From assembly GCA_041659325.1 (NCBI GenBank), contig JBAZYN010000002.1, positions 513 through 64,512 on the forward strand: DNA of 64,000 bases. The letters run 5' to 3'. The DNA comes from Candidatus Shapirobacteria bacterium (lineage in GTDB: Bacteria > Patescibacteriota > Microgenomatia > UBA12405). Shown here one piece after another: positions 17,737 through 28,611 of this stretch. Made by a program: the position numbers and the translations under genes. The notes below the pieces were generated by a model that did no database searches, was not told where the DNA came from, and saw only the letters and a program-made list of their open reading frames with translations. Each line of letters opens with the position of its first letter. Positions within the stretch are counted from its first letter, which is position 1.

Positions 17737-18534
17737 ATGTTCAAAAAAATAATTTTACTAGGTTGCTTATTAATGTTGGGGGGTTGCGGCATTATACCAA
17801 GGAAATCCGGAGTGGAAATCGTTTCCACCCCGCCGACAAAGGTATATATCGATGAAAAGGAAGCAGGAATGACGCCTTATAAAAATAACTCTCTTGTGCC
17901 CGGGGAAATCGACTTGAGATTGGTAGCACCGGAGGGGGTGGAATGGAAAAAAAAGATCAAGATGTTTAACGGGGTTAACACGGTCGTAAACTGGAAACTA
18001 TCCGATACCGAGAGCGAAAATGGGGGTTATATTTTGTATCTGGAAAAAACGGGCGATAAAAATAAGGCCGGGTTATTGGTTAATGCATCGCCGGATCAAT
18101 CGGTTGTTTATATCGACGGGGAAATAAAAGGATTTACCCCCATGAGGCTTGATAGTATCGGCGAGGGTGACAGAGAAATATCTGTTTCCTTCCCGGGTAG
18201 GAAAAGTACAAATATTATTGTAAAGGCTCTAAATGGTTTTCTATTGGTGCTAGACACTACTCTTCCGGAGGAAGAACCGTTAGCAACGCCGACGCAAGAA
18301 CCGGTAGCCCAACCGTCTTTAATAAGCTCCGGGCAAAAGATAATGATAAAGGAAACAGAGACAGGCTGGTTGAGAGTAAGAGATCTGCCCGGCAATACGG
18401 CAACAGAAATTGACAGAGTTAAACCACTTTCGATTTATACCATGCTTTCGGAAAATAACGGATGGTTCCAAATCGATTTGGGGAATGGAGAATCGGGCTG
18501 GGTTTCGACTAAGTACGCCGAGAAAGTTGAATAA
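17737..18534 (+). CDS. lipoprotein with PEGA and bacterial SH3 domains
   Basis: Lipobox-like LGGC, two G.TP PEGA repeats, WLRVR...GWVS SH3b. Confidence 0.8.
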   Translation: MFKKIILLGCLLMLGGCGIIPRKSGVEIVSTPPTKVYIDEKEAGMTPYKNNSLVPGEIDLRLVAPEGVEWKKKIKMFNGVNTVVNWKLSDTESENGGYILYLEKTGDKNKAGLLVNASPDQSVVYIDGEIKGFTPMRLDSIGEGDREISVSFPGRKSTNIIVKALNGFLLVLDTTLPEEEPLATPTQEPVAQPSLISSGQKIMIKETETGWLRVRDLPGNTATEIDRVKPLSIYTMLSENNGWFQIDLGNGESGWVSTKYAEKVE

Positions 18535-19564
18535 GTGATCCAAAAAAAAGTAGGGCGACCCCGACAAAGACGTACATCTTTTGTTGGCTGTTTAGAAACA
18601 AAGAAATAATTCCCAACAAAAGGCTGATGGCCCAGTAAAAAACCGATATTTTTCGTCGGCTCCAGCCAAGACGCAGCAACCGATGATGAAAGTGGCTACC
18701 ATCGGAAACAAAAATCGGACGGTGGTCGATTATCCTTTTGGTCAAAACATAGAGACCATCTAGCATCGGGATACCCAAAAGAAAAATAAGCGTTGCCAAC
18801 TTTGCTCCCGAGAGGATTGAAAGAACTGCCAACAAGAGCCCGGCAAGACTTTTTCCACTGTATCCGGGCATGATACTTTGGGGATAAAAATTATAGGGGA
18901 GAAAACCAAGATAGGCACCGGCGACAGCCCCGGCTAAAATAATTACCGGCCATTGAGTGACGTCAGTGGCATATCTTAGACCAAGAATTCCAATAAAAAT
19001 AGCGGAAATACCCGCAAAGCCAGGTAGCTGACCTTCGACCCCCGCCGCCCACCCCACTGAATTCATACACCAAACAATCCAAAAAACGGCCAGTAAATCG
19101 GAAATAACCCAAATTGAGTGAGGGCCAAGAAGATCAAAATTAATTTTTAGGGTGGATAAGTCGATAATCCCGCCAAGAGGATTGGAGATATAGGCGATAC
19201 CTATGCCGGAAGATACAACCAACAGCGCCGCGACAATATTAGTCAGGAGTCTGGTTTTGGGGTTGACGTCTTTGATATCGTCAAATACTCCGACAATAAG
19301 GGTAAGAATTGAGGACAAAAGGATAAAGACCAAATGTTTGTCCGGGGGCAGGAAAAGCAGAGCCGAGAAGGTAATTCCAAAAAAAATCGGTATCCCCCCG
19401 CCCCGAGGAACAGAGGCGGTGGCAGTGGCGTTGTGGGTTTTGAGCTGTTTTTTCTCAGGATTTTCTACCCAACCTTTGGCAATAAAAAAATTCCTGGTAA
19501 TCGGAGTGAGAACCCAGGATACAAAAAAGGAGGAAAAGATGGCCGTAACGAATTTCAGGATCAT
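18509..19564 (-). CDS. MraY/WecA-family polyprenyl-phosphate sugar-1-phosphate transferase
   Basis: PRGGG, GVFDD, FLPYNFYP, HFHHRL, multiple TM helices. Confidence 0.88.
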   Translation of the reverse strand: MILKFVTAIFSSFFVSWVLTPITRNFFIAKGWVENPEKKQLKTHNATATASVPRGGGIPIFFGITFSALLFLPPDKHLVFILLSSILTLIVGVFDDIKDVNPKTRLLTNIVAALLVVSSGIGIAYISNPLGGIIDLSTLKINFDLLGPHSIWVISDLLAVFWIVWCMNSVGWAAGVEGQLPGFAGISAIFIGILGLRYATDVTQWPVIILAGAVAGAYLGFLPYNFYPQSIMPGYSGKSLAGLLLAVLSILSGAKLATLIFLLGIPMLDGLYVLTKRIIDHRPIFVSDGSHFHHRLLRLGWSRRKISVFYWAISLLLGIISLFLNSQQKMYVFVGVALLFFGSLIQLSRRT

Positions 19565-19944
19565 CAGGAGACCAGATAAACTATATGGATTAGGGTAATC
19601 AAAGACAATATGGAATAAATAAGGGAGAAGACAACGAGAAGTCTGGAAATCACTTGAATGGAGTGTAAGGTGAAGGCCGACAGAACATTATTGATCAGAG
19701 AAAAAAATATTGAAAACGAGGGCAGAAGAAAAAGTGACGAGGCCGAAGCTAGCCTTTGGCTTCCCCAGGGCAGTGAGTAGTATAACGGGACCTGTTTGGG
19801 GAGACTGTCGAATTTAAAAAAAATAAAGGCTAGCTGAATTAGAATGGTCAGGGCATTCCATCTGAAGATTGTACCGTTTATTTTTTCCTGCCAAAACTTC
19901 CCTAAAACTGACAATTTGACAAAAATAGTTTTTGCAAAGGCCAT
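19564..19944 (-). CDS. membrane protein (DUF1648-like)
   Basis: LP.QVPLYYSLPWG and three TM helices. Confidence 0.65.
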   Translation of the reverse strand: MAFAKTIFVKLSVLGKFWQEKINGTIFRWNALTILIQLAFIFFKFDSLPKQVPLYYSLPWGSQRLASASSLFLLPSFSIFFSLINNVLSAFTLHSIQVISRLLVVFSLIYSILSLITLIHIVYLVS

Positions 19945-19949
19945 AAGAG

Positions 19950-21413
19950 TTATCTTGACCGATAGATCAGGGCGTCGCCTATTTTGACTGCAAGATAGTA
20001 ATATTTTTTAATAAACAAGTCCAGTTGAGGGAAATCCCTTCCCGGCATATTATAGTAGATTATTACTTTTGGAAGATCGATTTTGAATTTTTCGATGGTC
20101 TCATCGTAACCATTGAAATCGACAATGTGATAGGCAGTTGTAAACCTGGCCTGCGGCGGACGGTTTGACAGAGCATAAATCGAAGCGCGATCCCCCCAGA
20201 TAAATATTTTATCATCAGGAACGGTATTATTTTTTAAAAATTCTGATATTTGATAATTTTCCGGTACATGCCAGCCAAAATAATTGTTGAATTCGTCTTT
20301 GGACTTGAACCCCAAAACATATGAATAAAAGTTGGCGTAATAGGAGACGGTGCGATAAAAATAAAATTTGTATTTGACTATTGCACCGGCAAAAACCGCA
20401 AAATACAAAACGATTATCAATTTGGTGAAAGTTTTGTATTTGCCAAAAAGATGGACGACCAAAATGGAAAGAGGGGGAATAATTTCAATAAGGTAGTGAG
20501 GATAGGGACGACCGGAAAGGAGAGAGCCAAAGAGGGAAAAGGCAAACCAGGAGGTAATCATAAAAGTTTTGGCATCAATTTTTTTCGATACTTTTGAAAT
20601 ATAGCCGACCGCCAGAAGAACAAACAATACCAATAGACGAAGAGCCAATCCGCCACTAAGAGCTGATCCGGAGTGAGTGCCGATGCTCCACGAGGATAGA
20701 TATCCAAAATTTTGAAGAAGGGAAGCGTAGATAAAATAGTTGAAACCCCCGTTAGCGAGGAAATATAGAGAGCACAAAACAAGAGGAACAAAAAAACCCC
20801 CTAAAAGAAGAGCGACCCTTTTGGCAAAGGGAATAATTTCTCTTTTAAAGGCTTTTTGATCGAGCAGGCAAGATGTTTCCCAAAAAATGATGGTGCCAAC
20901 TTCAAGAGCGGCCGGGGCTTTGATCATAAATGACAATCCCAGGAGCAAGCCGGAGACCAAATAGTGGAGAGGTTTGGCGGCGGTGATGTATATGGTAAAG
21001 GCAGCCAGGGTAGGGAGAAGCATGAAAATTTCGGCATTGGCAATATTGCCCTCGAGCAAGGGGATACAAGAAAGAATAATGAAAACGAAAGTGGCGATTT
21101 TTTGCAGTCCTCCTGATACAAATTTTTTGGCTAGTTTGTGGAAAAAATAAACAGTCGGGATCATTACGAAAAACAAAAGTAGGCGAAAGCCAAAAACGGT
21201 TTTGGAAAAAGCGGCCATAAGATAAAGAAGCGGAGGTTTATTGTCGTGAATTTGACTGTAAAGCTTGACCCCCCGGTTGAGTGCCTGACCAATAGTTAGG
21301 TAGATGCCTTCGTCATCATACCAATATGGCTCAAAAAGTGAAGGCAGGCGAAGAAAGATAAATAAAACAGCGATAACCAACAAGAAGTTTGATTTGAGGA
21401 ACTTCTTTAACAT
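19950..21413 (-). CDS. GT-C fold (ArnT/GT39-like) glycosyltransferase
   Basis: DDEGIY, DNKPPL, many TM helices. Confidence 0.8.
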   Translation of the reverse strand: MLKKFLKSNFLLVIAVLFIFLRLPSLFEPYWYDDEGIYLTIGQALNRGVKLYSQIHDNKPPLLYLMAAFSKTVFGFRLLLFFVMIPTVYFFHKLAKKFVSGGLQKIATFVFIILSCIPLLEGNIANAEIFMLLPTLAAFTIYITAAKPLHYLVSGLLLGLSFMIKAPAALEVGTIIFWETSCLLDQKAFKREIIPFAKRVALLLGGFFVPLVLCSLYFLANGGFNYFIYASLLQNFGYLSSWSIGTHSGSALSGGLALRLLVLFVLLAVGYISKVSKKIDAKTFMITSWFAFSLFGSLLSGRPYPHYLIEIIPPLSILVVHLFGKYKTFTKLIIVLYFAVFAGAIVKYKFYFYRTVSYYANFYSYVLGFKSKDEFNNYFGWHVPENYQISEFLKNNTVPDDKIFIWGDRASIYALSNRPPQARFTTAYHIVDFNGYDETIEKFKIDLPKVIIYYNMPGRDFPQLDLFIKKYYYLAVKIGDALIYRSR

Positions 21414-21422
21414 TAATCTATT

Positions 21423-22964
21423 TTAACTAATTTTTTTAATTGGTGTTTTGTTGGTGGTTTTGTAATCCAGGCGCTTACCCAAGAGAAGACGGGTGTGAGA
21501 GTGAAGCCCGGGTAAAACAGACATGGTGAGGGTGGCGATGGGCATAAACGGCCATTGGAGCAGATTCTTGAGAATGTTTACGAAACCCTTTTTTTGATTG
21601 TCCGGCCGAAGAATCCAATCAAGGATGATGATAACAATGAGAGGAATTAGGCAGATGGTGAGGATAATATTGGAAATACGGGGAAGGTTAAAACCAATGG
21701 CTGTCTGGAAAAACCTGGGATTTAGGATAACCGGCAGAGAGGTACCAAGGGTAAGGATAAACCAATTGCTAGACCAGATAAGATGGGTTTGAATAAGCTT
21801 GAAGATGCGAAGACATCGGGTGATGAGGGGAATCTCTTTGTGAATTTTTGCCTGTTCTATGGCATAGGGGATGTCAATTGCCCCCCAGGCATGACGTACA
21901 CTTTGGTTATAACGATTCTTAAGAGCGGAAAGGTAGTTTTTGCCGCTAGGGGCATCGACGACGGTCGGTAGGAAAATTGGTTCGACCTGGGCTAAACCCC
22001 GGGTACTAAAAAAGGATTGGAGAAAAATATGCCAATCTTCTGGGATCATATCAAGATCCCAATATCCAACCGAATCAATGAGTTTGTATGATGAGGAATA
22101 GCAGGAATAGTTGAAAAAAAGGCCGTCCGGTTCCTGAATATTGGCGATGTGAATAACGTTGCCCAAAACTCCGATTATGCGGATGGGGGCAGGAACATCA
22201 TTGATATTGTGATGCCAAAAAATCGGTGATTGCCAAAAACGGAGATATCGATTCGGAGAAGAGGCAAAGCGGTAGGTGAGAGCGGAAAAATATTTTGGAT
22301 TAAAAATGGTATCAACATCGCAACTGGTTAGGGTGAGGTGGCTGATATCAAATATGCCTTTGTCGATATACTCTTTTTTTACAAATTTAGCAGCCCAGGC
22401 CTCGTTGCTATGCTTACCGATGGTTTCTCCAGGTTTACACTTGGCCGGATGTTCAGAAAAAATCAAATGACCAAATACACCTTTGTATTTGGCAGAGAAA
22501 TAATCGATTGTTTTTTGGTTGTTCTCTTTGCCGGCCCTCTCTTCCTGAGCAATAACAACATTGATTTTTTTTAAATTAATATCAATTTGGGCGGCAAGAG
22601 AGCCAACCGCCATTTCGATAACATCAAGAGGTTCTTTATAGGAAGAAATTATTATGATGTGATTAATTTTGTCGTAACTGGGCCAGTTTTTATCGTAGTT
22701 TTTTTTAAATAGTTCAAGCCAGTCGATTTTTTTTGATGCGCGAATTTTATAATAACCAATTACGGCCAGAATTGACGATTTAAAAGATTGATACAGCCAA
22801 TAGACCAAAAAGGCGATGACGAAGTAAGTTACAAGTTTCGGTACCAGAATAGCACCCCAAACCGGAAATAAAATAAAAGTCCAGGCAAAAAAGCCAGGGA
22901 TCATTTCCCAGAGACGGTATTTTTTGGTGGTTTTGTTGATTTGTGTAGATTCGGATTTGGCCAT
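21423..22964 (-). CDS. membrane-bound GT2 family glycosyltransferase
   Basis: DVD, PEDW and Q..RHAWG processive GT2 motifs; start set at MAKSES. Confidence 0.8.
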   Translation of the reverse strand: MAKSESTQINKTTKKYRLWEMIPGFFAWTFILFPVWGAILVPKLVTYFVIAFLVYWLYQSFKSSILAVIGYYKIRASKKIDWLELFKKNYDKNWPSYDKINHIIIISSYKEPLDVIEMAVGSLAAQIDINLKKINVVIAQEERAGKENNQKTIDYFSAKYKGVFGHLIFSEHPAKCKPGETIGKHSNEAWAAKFVKKEYIDKGIFDISHLTLTSCDVDTIFNPKYFSALTYRFASSPNRYLRFWQSPIFWHHNINDVPAPIRIIGVLGNVIHIANIQEPDGLFFNYSCYSSSYKLIDSVGYWDLDMIPEDWHIFLQSFFSTRGLAQVEPIFLPTVVDAPSGKNYLSALKNRYNQSVRHAWGAIDIPYAIEQAKIHKEIPLITRCLRIFKLIQTHLIWSSNWFILTLGTSLPVILNPRFFQTAIGFNLPRISNIILTICLIPLIVIIILDWILRPDNQKKGFVNILKNLLQWPFMPIATLTMSVLPGLHSHTRLLLGKRLDYKTTNKTPIKKIS

Positions 22965-23033
22965 AATCTTTGGAAGAATCCAAGAATGATAAATTATACC
23001 AAATAGAGGGTCGGTTTGGGATAAAATAGAGAA

Positions 23034-23804
23034 ATGGAAATTAGTGAGGCGATACAAAAGACAATTGATTACGCCGGGAAATTTGGGATGAAGCTGAGTC
23101 GGGAGCAACTATGGTCAAGATTGATGGGGGAAAGAGTATTTTCCGAAAAAGAATTTGAGAAAGAAATTGGAGGGGGTAGCCTTAGTACAAAAAAGAAGAT
23201 CGAAGGGGAAGCAAGAAAAAAAAAGTTGGTGGCGAAGCGTTTGGGAAAAATGGTGGCGGAAAATGACAACAATATCCTTATGGTGGCAGTTACCGGATCG
23301 GTAGCGGCTGAAAACTGTAAGAAGGGTGACGACATTGATATCCTGATTGTGACTAGGGAAAACAGATTGTGGTGGAGCAGATTAAAACTACTATTTTTTT
23401 TGATCAACAAAAAATACAAATTCCGAAGATATGGAAAAAGAGAAATAAGAAATGAGCTTTGTTTTAATATGTGGCTCGAAGAAAAATCATTAAAACTACC
23501 AAGTGAAAAACGGGATGAGAGGAGCGCGGTTGACCTGATATTGTTGAAAGTAGTGGTAGATAAAGACAATATTTACCATAAATTGTTAAGGGAAAACGAT
23601 TGGGCCAAAAATTGGGTAGCAACGGGATATAGCTTAAAGTCTAAAAGTCAAAAGTCTAAAAGTCGAAAGATTGGAAAGAATAAGAAAAATATAGCCGGAG
23701 ATTTGATTAATTTATTGGCCTTCGTGGGGCAATATTTGCATATGTGGCCAAAAAAAACGAAGGAAAATGTCGGTCTAAAGGCAGCATTTTTCCATCTTTC
23801 TTAG
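23034..23804 (+). CDS. nucleotidyltransferase-fold protein
   Basis: TGSVA......DDIDILIV motif. Confidence 0.7.
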   Translation: MEISEAIQKTIDYAGKFGMKLSREQLWSRLMGERVFSEKEFEKEIGGGSLSTKKKIEGEARKKKLVAKRLGKMVAENDNNILMVAVTGSVAAENCKKGDDIDILIVTRENRLWWSRLKLLFFLINKKYKFRRYGKREIRNELCFNMWLEEKSLKLPSEKRDERSAVDLILLKVVVDKDNIYHKLLRENDWAKNWVATGYSLKSKSQKSKSRKIGKNKKNIAGDLINLLAFVGQYLHMWPKKTKENVGLKAAFFHLS

Positions 23805-23826
23805 CAGGGAGTGGTAGAATGGAGTA

Positions 23827-24447
23827 ATGAAACTGAGCCGAATGGCGTATATGGTGGTTTCCCTGCTACTGGGGGTGGTAATCTTGGTGGTATCGATGGC
23901 AAGGGCCGGATTGGAAATTATGGCGGTTGAGGGAAATGAAGAAACCCTACGTAATGATCCGATTAAGTTTGTGATTGTCAACGATGAGTTTGAAAAGGAG
24001 GAATACTTTTATAAGTTACCCGAGGCCGGAATGCTACCGACAAACCCATTTTATGGATTCAAAAAAGTCAGAGATTTTCTTTGGGTAAAATTTAGTTCAG
24101 GAAGTATTAAAAAAGCAAAAGTGCAATTACTGGTGGCCGACAAAAGAATGGCCGAGGCCAAGATACTTTTGGAAGACAATAGAAGCAAAGTCGGTTTGGA
24201 GGCTTCACAAGAAGCCTTTGACGCTTTAAAATTAGCCGAAATATCAATTTCCGGGGTTCAAGAAGAAACTGATGATTCAAGGCAGATGCAATCGCGGATT
24301 TTTAAAGCCGGATTTGCTTATATGCAAATACTGAAAACTTCAGAAAATTCTTTTGAGCTAGATACTAGTAAATATAACCAATTAATTAAAGAGCTGGATG
24401 AGTGGAACCAAAAACAAAAAAGCCAAGAGAAAGAAGACGAAGGGTAA
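23827..24447 (+). CDS. DUF5667-like membrane-anchored helical protein
   Basis: LP..GMLP.NPFY..K..RD, ADKR..EA. Confidence 0.7.
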   Translation: MKLSRMAYMVVSLLLGVVILVVSMARAGLEIMAVEGNEETLRNDPIKFVIVNDEFEKEEYFYKLPEAGMLPTNPFYGFKKVRDFLWVKFSSGSIKKAKVQLLVADKRMAEAKILLEDNRSKVGLEASQEAFDALKLAEISISGVQEETDDSRQMQSRIFKAGFAYMQILKTSENSFELDTSKYNQLIKELDEWNQKQKSQEKEDEG

Positions 24448-26575
24448 AAAACTGCGGTTGGCTTTGTTTTTGGGAATATTTTTACTTTTGACAGGGATAG
24501 TAGTTTTGGCTGTGGCGGTGTCTCAGGATTTGCCCAATCCCAAAAAGTTGATGACGTATGAATATCCGGAATCATCTCAAATTTTTGATAATAAGGGAAA
24601 ACTTTTATATGAAATGTATTCTGAAAAAAGAAGGCTGCCGGTAGAACTTGGGGAAGTCCCGGAGAGCCTGAAAAAGGCGACTCTGGCAATCGAGGATTCA
24701 GGTTTTTACAGTCATTTCGGATTTGATCTAAGGGGTATTGTCCGCGGACTATATCGGACAATTGTAGAAAGAAGACTTCAGGGCGGCTCAACTCTAACGC
24801 AGCAGCTAGTCAAAAACGCTCTATTGACTCCGGAAAGGACGGTGTCCCGAAAGATAAAAGAGGCAGTACTGACAGTTGTCACGGAGATTTATTATTCAAA
24901 AGATCAGATTTTAGAAATGTACTTTAACCAAACCCCTTATGGAGGAACATTGTGGGGAGTCCAAGCAGCTTCAAAAGGGATTTTTAATAAAAACGTGGGT
25001 GAATTAACTTTAGCAGAATCGGCACTGATTGCGGGGCTTCCAGGATCACCTTCCAAATACTCCCCTTTTAAAAATCCGGTAGCGGCCATTAACAGACGAA
25101 ATATGGTGTTGGCGAGAATGAGAGAGTTGGAATATATAACAGCGGAGCAGGAGGAACAGTCCAAAAATGAGGAACCCAATTTTTATATTAATAAGGGGAA
25201 TCTGGTGGCGCCTCATTTTGTCTTTTATGTCAGACAGCAATTAATAGATAAATACGGAATTAAAAAGGTGAATGAAGGCGGCCTGAAAATAAAAACAACC
25301 CTTGACTCTGACCTACAAAATTTTGCTGAAACGGCAATAGCGTCTGAAATGGCAAAACTAGTTAGATATAAGGTTTCGAACGGAGCAGCCCTGATTACCG
25401 AACCAAAGAGCGGAAAAATTCTGGCCATGGTAGGGTCAAAGGACTATTTCTCGATAGACATAGATGGCGAATATAATGTGACGACGGCTTTGCGACAACC
25501 CGGGTCGTCGATAAAACCACTTAATTATGCGGTGGCAATAGAAAATGGAAAAATTACGGCGGCATCGGTAATCAATGACGGGCCGACTTGTTTTAATGTG
25601 ACGGGATTGAAATCATACTGTCCGACGAATTACGGGAATAGGTACTTTGGGCTGCAAACGGTACGGAATTCGTTGGCGAGCTCTTTGAATATCGCGGCGG
25701 TAAAAGTATTAAAGCTGAACGGATTGGAAGCATTTGTTGCTTCGGCCTCGGCGATGGGAATATCAACCTTTAACAACGCTTCTGACTTTGGATTGTCACT
25801 AACTTTAGGAGGAGGAGAGGTAAAAATGACCGATATGAACGTGGCATTTGGAGTGTTGGCAAATATGGGGTCGAAACAACCATTAAATCCGATATTGGAA
25901 GTCAGAGACAGAAACGACGAGGTTATCGATGAGTATAAATATGTTCCGGGAGATAGGGTGTTGTCACGAGAGACATCTTTTATTATCCAACAAATTTTGT
26001 CTGATGACGGAGCCAGGGCAATGGTTTTCGGGAGAGGATCAATGTTAAACATTAAAGGTCATTCGGAGGTGGCGGTAAAGACAGGGACAACAAACGATCT
26101 AAGAGATAACTGGACAATCGGATATACTCCCGATGTAGTAGTAACGACATGGGTGGGAAATAATGATAATTCAAAAATGAGCGGAGTGGTTTCCGGAACG
26201 ACCGGGGCGGCACCGATATGGAATAAAATTATGACCTATTATCTACAAGACAGGCCGATAAAAAAGCCGGTGATGCCATCAAATGTAGTGGGTATGTATG
26301 TTTGTAATGTTACGGGGGGTCTGGTACCGGACGAGGGCTGTGACAGTCACTACGAATACTTTAAAAACGAATATAAACCAACCAGCAAGATACCTCTCCG
26401 GGCTAATGTATTGATCGACAAAGATACCGGGAGAGTGGTCAGTGATGGTGATAATAAACCTAATACGGAATGGCAGGATCACGCGGTGATAAAAGATATA
26501 AGCGGAGTAACGGTGTGTCTGGACTGCCCGCTAACCAATCCTGAGGCAGAAAAAGTGGTTACGACAATAAATTAA
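24398..26575 (+). CDS. class A penicillin-binding protein (PBP1A family)
   Basis: AIED, GGSTLTQQLVKN, RQPGSSIKP, SLN, KTGT. Confidence 0.93.
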   Translation: MSGTKNKKAKRKKTKGKKLRLALFLGIFLLLTGIVVLAVAVSQDLPNPKKLMTYEYPESSQIFDNKGKLLYEMYSEKRRLPVELGEVPESLKKATLAIEDSGFYSHFGFDLRGIVRGLYRTIVERRLQGGSTLTQQLVKNALLTPERTVSRKIKEAVLTVVTEIYYSKDQILEMYFNQTPYGGTLWGVQAASKGIFNKNVGELTLAESALIAGLPGSPSKYSPFKNPVAAINRRNMVLARMRELEYITAEQEEQSKNEEPNFYINKGNLVAPHFVFYVRQQLIDKYGIKKVNEGGLKIKTTLDSDLQNFAETAIASEMAKLVRYKVSNGAALITEPKSGKILAMVGSKDYFSIDIDGEYNVTTALRQPGSSIKPLNYAVAIENGKITAASVINDGPTCFNVTGLKSYCPTNYGNRYFGLQTVRNSLASSLNIAAVKVLKLNGLEAFVASASAMGISTFNNASDFGLSLTLGGGEVKMTDMNVAFGVLANMGSKQPLNPILEVRDRNDEVIDEYKYVPGDRVLSRETSFIIQQILSDDGARAMVFGRGSMLNIKGHSEVAVKTGTTNDLRDNWTIGYTPDVVVTTWVGNNDNSKMSGVVSGTTGAAPIWNKIMTYYLQDRPIKKPVMPSNVVGMYVCNVTGGLVPDEGCDSHYEYFKNEYKPTSKIPLRANVLIDKDTGRVVSDGDNKPNTEWQDHAVIKDISGVTVCLDCPLTNPEAEKVVTTIN

Positions 26576-28602
26576 TGGGGCGAAAGAAAAGGGTGGAAGG
26601 GATAAAACGATTTTTAATTTTAGCCGGTCGGCCATTGGTAAGGACGGTGAAACGAATTTCGTGGGGTTATTTTATGGGAACAATATTGATGGTGGCGATG
26701 ACGGTGGGAATGGTGTGGCTTTATAAACAATTTTTGGTTGATTTGCCAAATATTAACGAAATTTATAATCCTCCAAGATTGTCAACAAGAATATTGGACC
26801 GGAGGGGGAAACTGCTATATAAATTTTACGACGAGGAAAACCGAAGCTGGACTTCAATAGACAGAATCCCAGAGTCACTGATAAATGCAACTATTGCAAT
26901 AGAAGATAAAGAGTTTTACCAACATCATGGAATATCGATAAAAGGGATAATTCAGGCAGTCTTATATAACTTCAGAAAAAACGGCCAACAGGGGCCGAGA
27001 GGCGGGTCAACCATTACACAGCAGTTGGTAAAAAATGTTTATTTCACCCGGGAAAAAACCTGGCAAAGAAAAATAAAAGAGGCAATTTTGGCGGTGGTGT
27101 TGGAAACAAAATTAACTAAAAAGGAAATATTGGAAAGGTATTTTAATCAGGTTGCTTATGGCGGAGAAACGTATGGGGCACAGGAAGCGGCAATTAAATA
27201 TTTTGGCAAAAATGTATGGGAAATAACGGCGGCTGAGTCAACCTTTTTGGCCGGTTTGCCGGCAGCGCCAAGCTCCTACTCCCCTTTCGGCAGCAGCCCG
27301 GAATATGCCCACATCAGACAACTACAAGTAATCGACCAGATGGTGAATGCCGGCTATATTGACGAGAGGCGGGCTCTTCAGCTAAAAAACGAGAAGATTG
27401 TAATTGCTGAAGAAAACAGAATAATCAGAGCACCTCATTTTGTGTTTTATGTAAAAGATATTTTGGAAAAAAAATATGGATTTGTAAATTTTGGCCGGTT
27501 GGGGCTGACGGTTACTACGAGCCTTGATAGCGATATTCAAACGATGGCCGAAGAAAAAGTGAAAAGCGAAACGGAAAAGGTGAAAAGGCTTCGAATTAGT
27601 AACGGGGCGGCAGTGGTAATTGACGTTAAGACAGGTGAGATATTGGCTATGGTTGGGTCTAAAGACTATTATTCAAAGGAGATTGACGGTAAATATAATG
27701 TGACGACAGCGCTGAGGCAACCGGGGTCGTCGATAAAACCGATAAATTATCTTCTGGCGTTAAAAAACGGAATGACTCTAATGTCGACAATTGAGGACAG
27801 CCCGATTACCTATTATGTGAAAGGGCAAAAACCGTATAGTCCGAATAATTATAATGGTAAATATATGGGACAGGTGACACTAAGAACTGCTCTGGCGAAT
27901 TCCCTAAACGTGCCCTCGGTAAAGTTACTGGAAAAAAACGGAGTGAATAATATGATTGATCTGGCTGAAAGCATGGGGATTACCACATGGACAGACAGAT
28001 CGAGATTTGGACTGGCCCTGGCGCTGGGTGGCGCAGAGGTGAGAATGACAGAACTGGCTCAAGCTTATTCAGTTTTTGCCAATATGGGTAAAAAGATAGA
28101 TTTAAGTCCGGTATTAAGAATTAACAACTATCTGGGGGAAACAATTTTTGAAAAGAGGCAGGAAAGTGATGAAATATTTGAGCCCAGATATGCTTTTTTG
28201 ATAAATAATGTGTTGTCGGATAATCAGGCCAGAACTACGATCTTCGGGCCAAATTCACTGCTAAGAATTGAGGGGAAAAATGTGGCAGTAAAAACCGGAA
28301 CGACTAACAATCTTAAGGATAATTGGTGTATCGGTTGGACACCGAGTTACCTGGTGGCGGCATGGGTGGGAAACAACGACAGCTCGCCCATGAGCTGGGT
28401 GGCGTCGGGAATTTCCGGGGCGACGCCGATTTGGAATCAAATAATGAAGGAAATGCTTGCGCAAAAAACAGATGAAAGTTGGGAGGTGCCATATGATGTG
28501 ATAAAAGTTAATGTCTGCGGGAGGGAGGAATATTTTTCGGTGGGGACTGAAAAAGATGTAAAATGCTCACTACATATAACGCCCACACCTGCTCAAAAAT
28601 AA
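26575..28602 (+). CDS. class A penicillin-binding protein (second, tandem paralog)
   Basis: Same transglycosylase and transpeptidase motifs (GGSTITQQ, RQPGSSIKP, KTGT). Confidence 0.93.
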   Translation: MGRKKRVEGIKRFLILAGRPLVRTVKRISWGYFMGTILMVAMTVGMVWLYKQFLVDLPNINEIYNPPRLSTRILDRRGKLLYKFYDEENRSWTSIDRIPESLINATIAIEDKEFYQHHGISIKGIIQAVLYNFRKNGQQGPRGGSTITQQLVKNVYFTREKTWQRKIKEAILAVVLETKLTKKEILERYFNQVAYGGETYGAQEAAIKYFGKNVWEITAAESTFLAGLPAAPSSYSPFGSSPEYAHIRQLQVIDQMVNAGYIDERRALQLKNEKIVIAEENRIIRAPHFVFYVKDILEKKYGFVNFGRLGLTVTTSLDSDIQTMAEEKVKSETEKVKRLRISNGAAVVIDVKTGEILAMVGSKDYYSKEIDGKYNVTTALRQPGSSIKPINYLLALKNGMTLMSTIEDSPITYYVKGQKPYSPNNYNGKYMGQVTLRTALANSLNVPSVKLLEKNGVNNMIDLAESMGITTWTDRSRFGLALALGGAEVRMTELAQAYSVFANMGKKIDLSPVLRINNYLGETIFEKRQESDEIFEPRYAFLINNVLSDNQARTTIFGPNSLLRIEGKNVAVKTGTTNNLKDNWCIGWTPSYLVAAWVGNNDSSPMSWVASGISGATPIWNQIMKEMLAQKTDESWEVPYDVIKVNVCGREEYFSVGTEKDVKCSLHITPTPAQK

Positions 28603-28611
28603 GGGAAGGGC

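Noticed and set aside
11379-18534. Overlapping 3' ends of convergent genes (xth/membrane protein, LOG/CapA, PEGA/MraY)
   Set aside because: Expected in a compact genome; no additional structure seen
24398-28602. Tandem PBP1A genes with similar DNA around the SxxK motif, as a diversification system
   Set aside because: Similarity is confined to conserved catalytic motifs, as expected for ordinary paralogs
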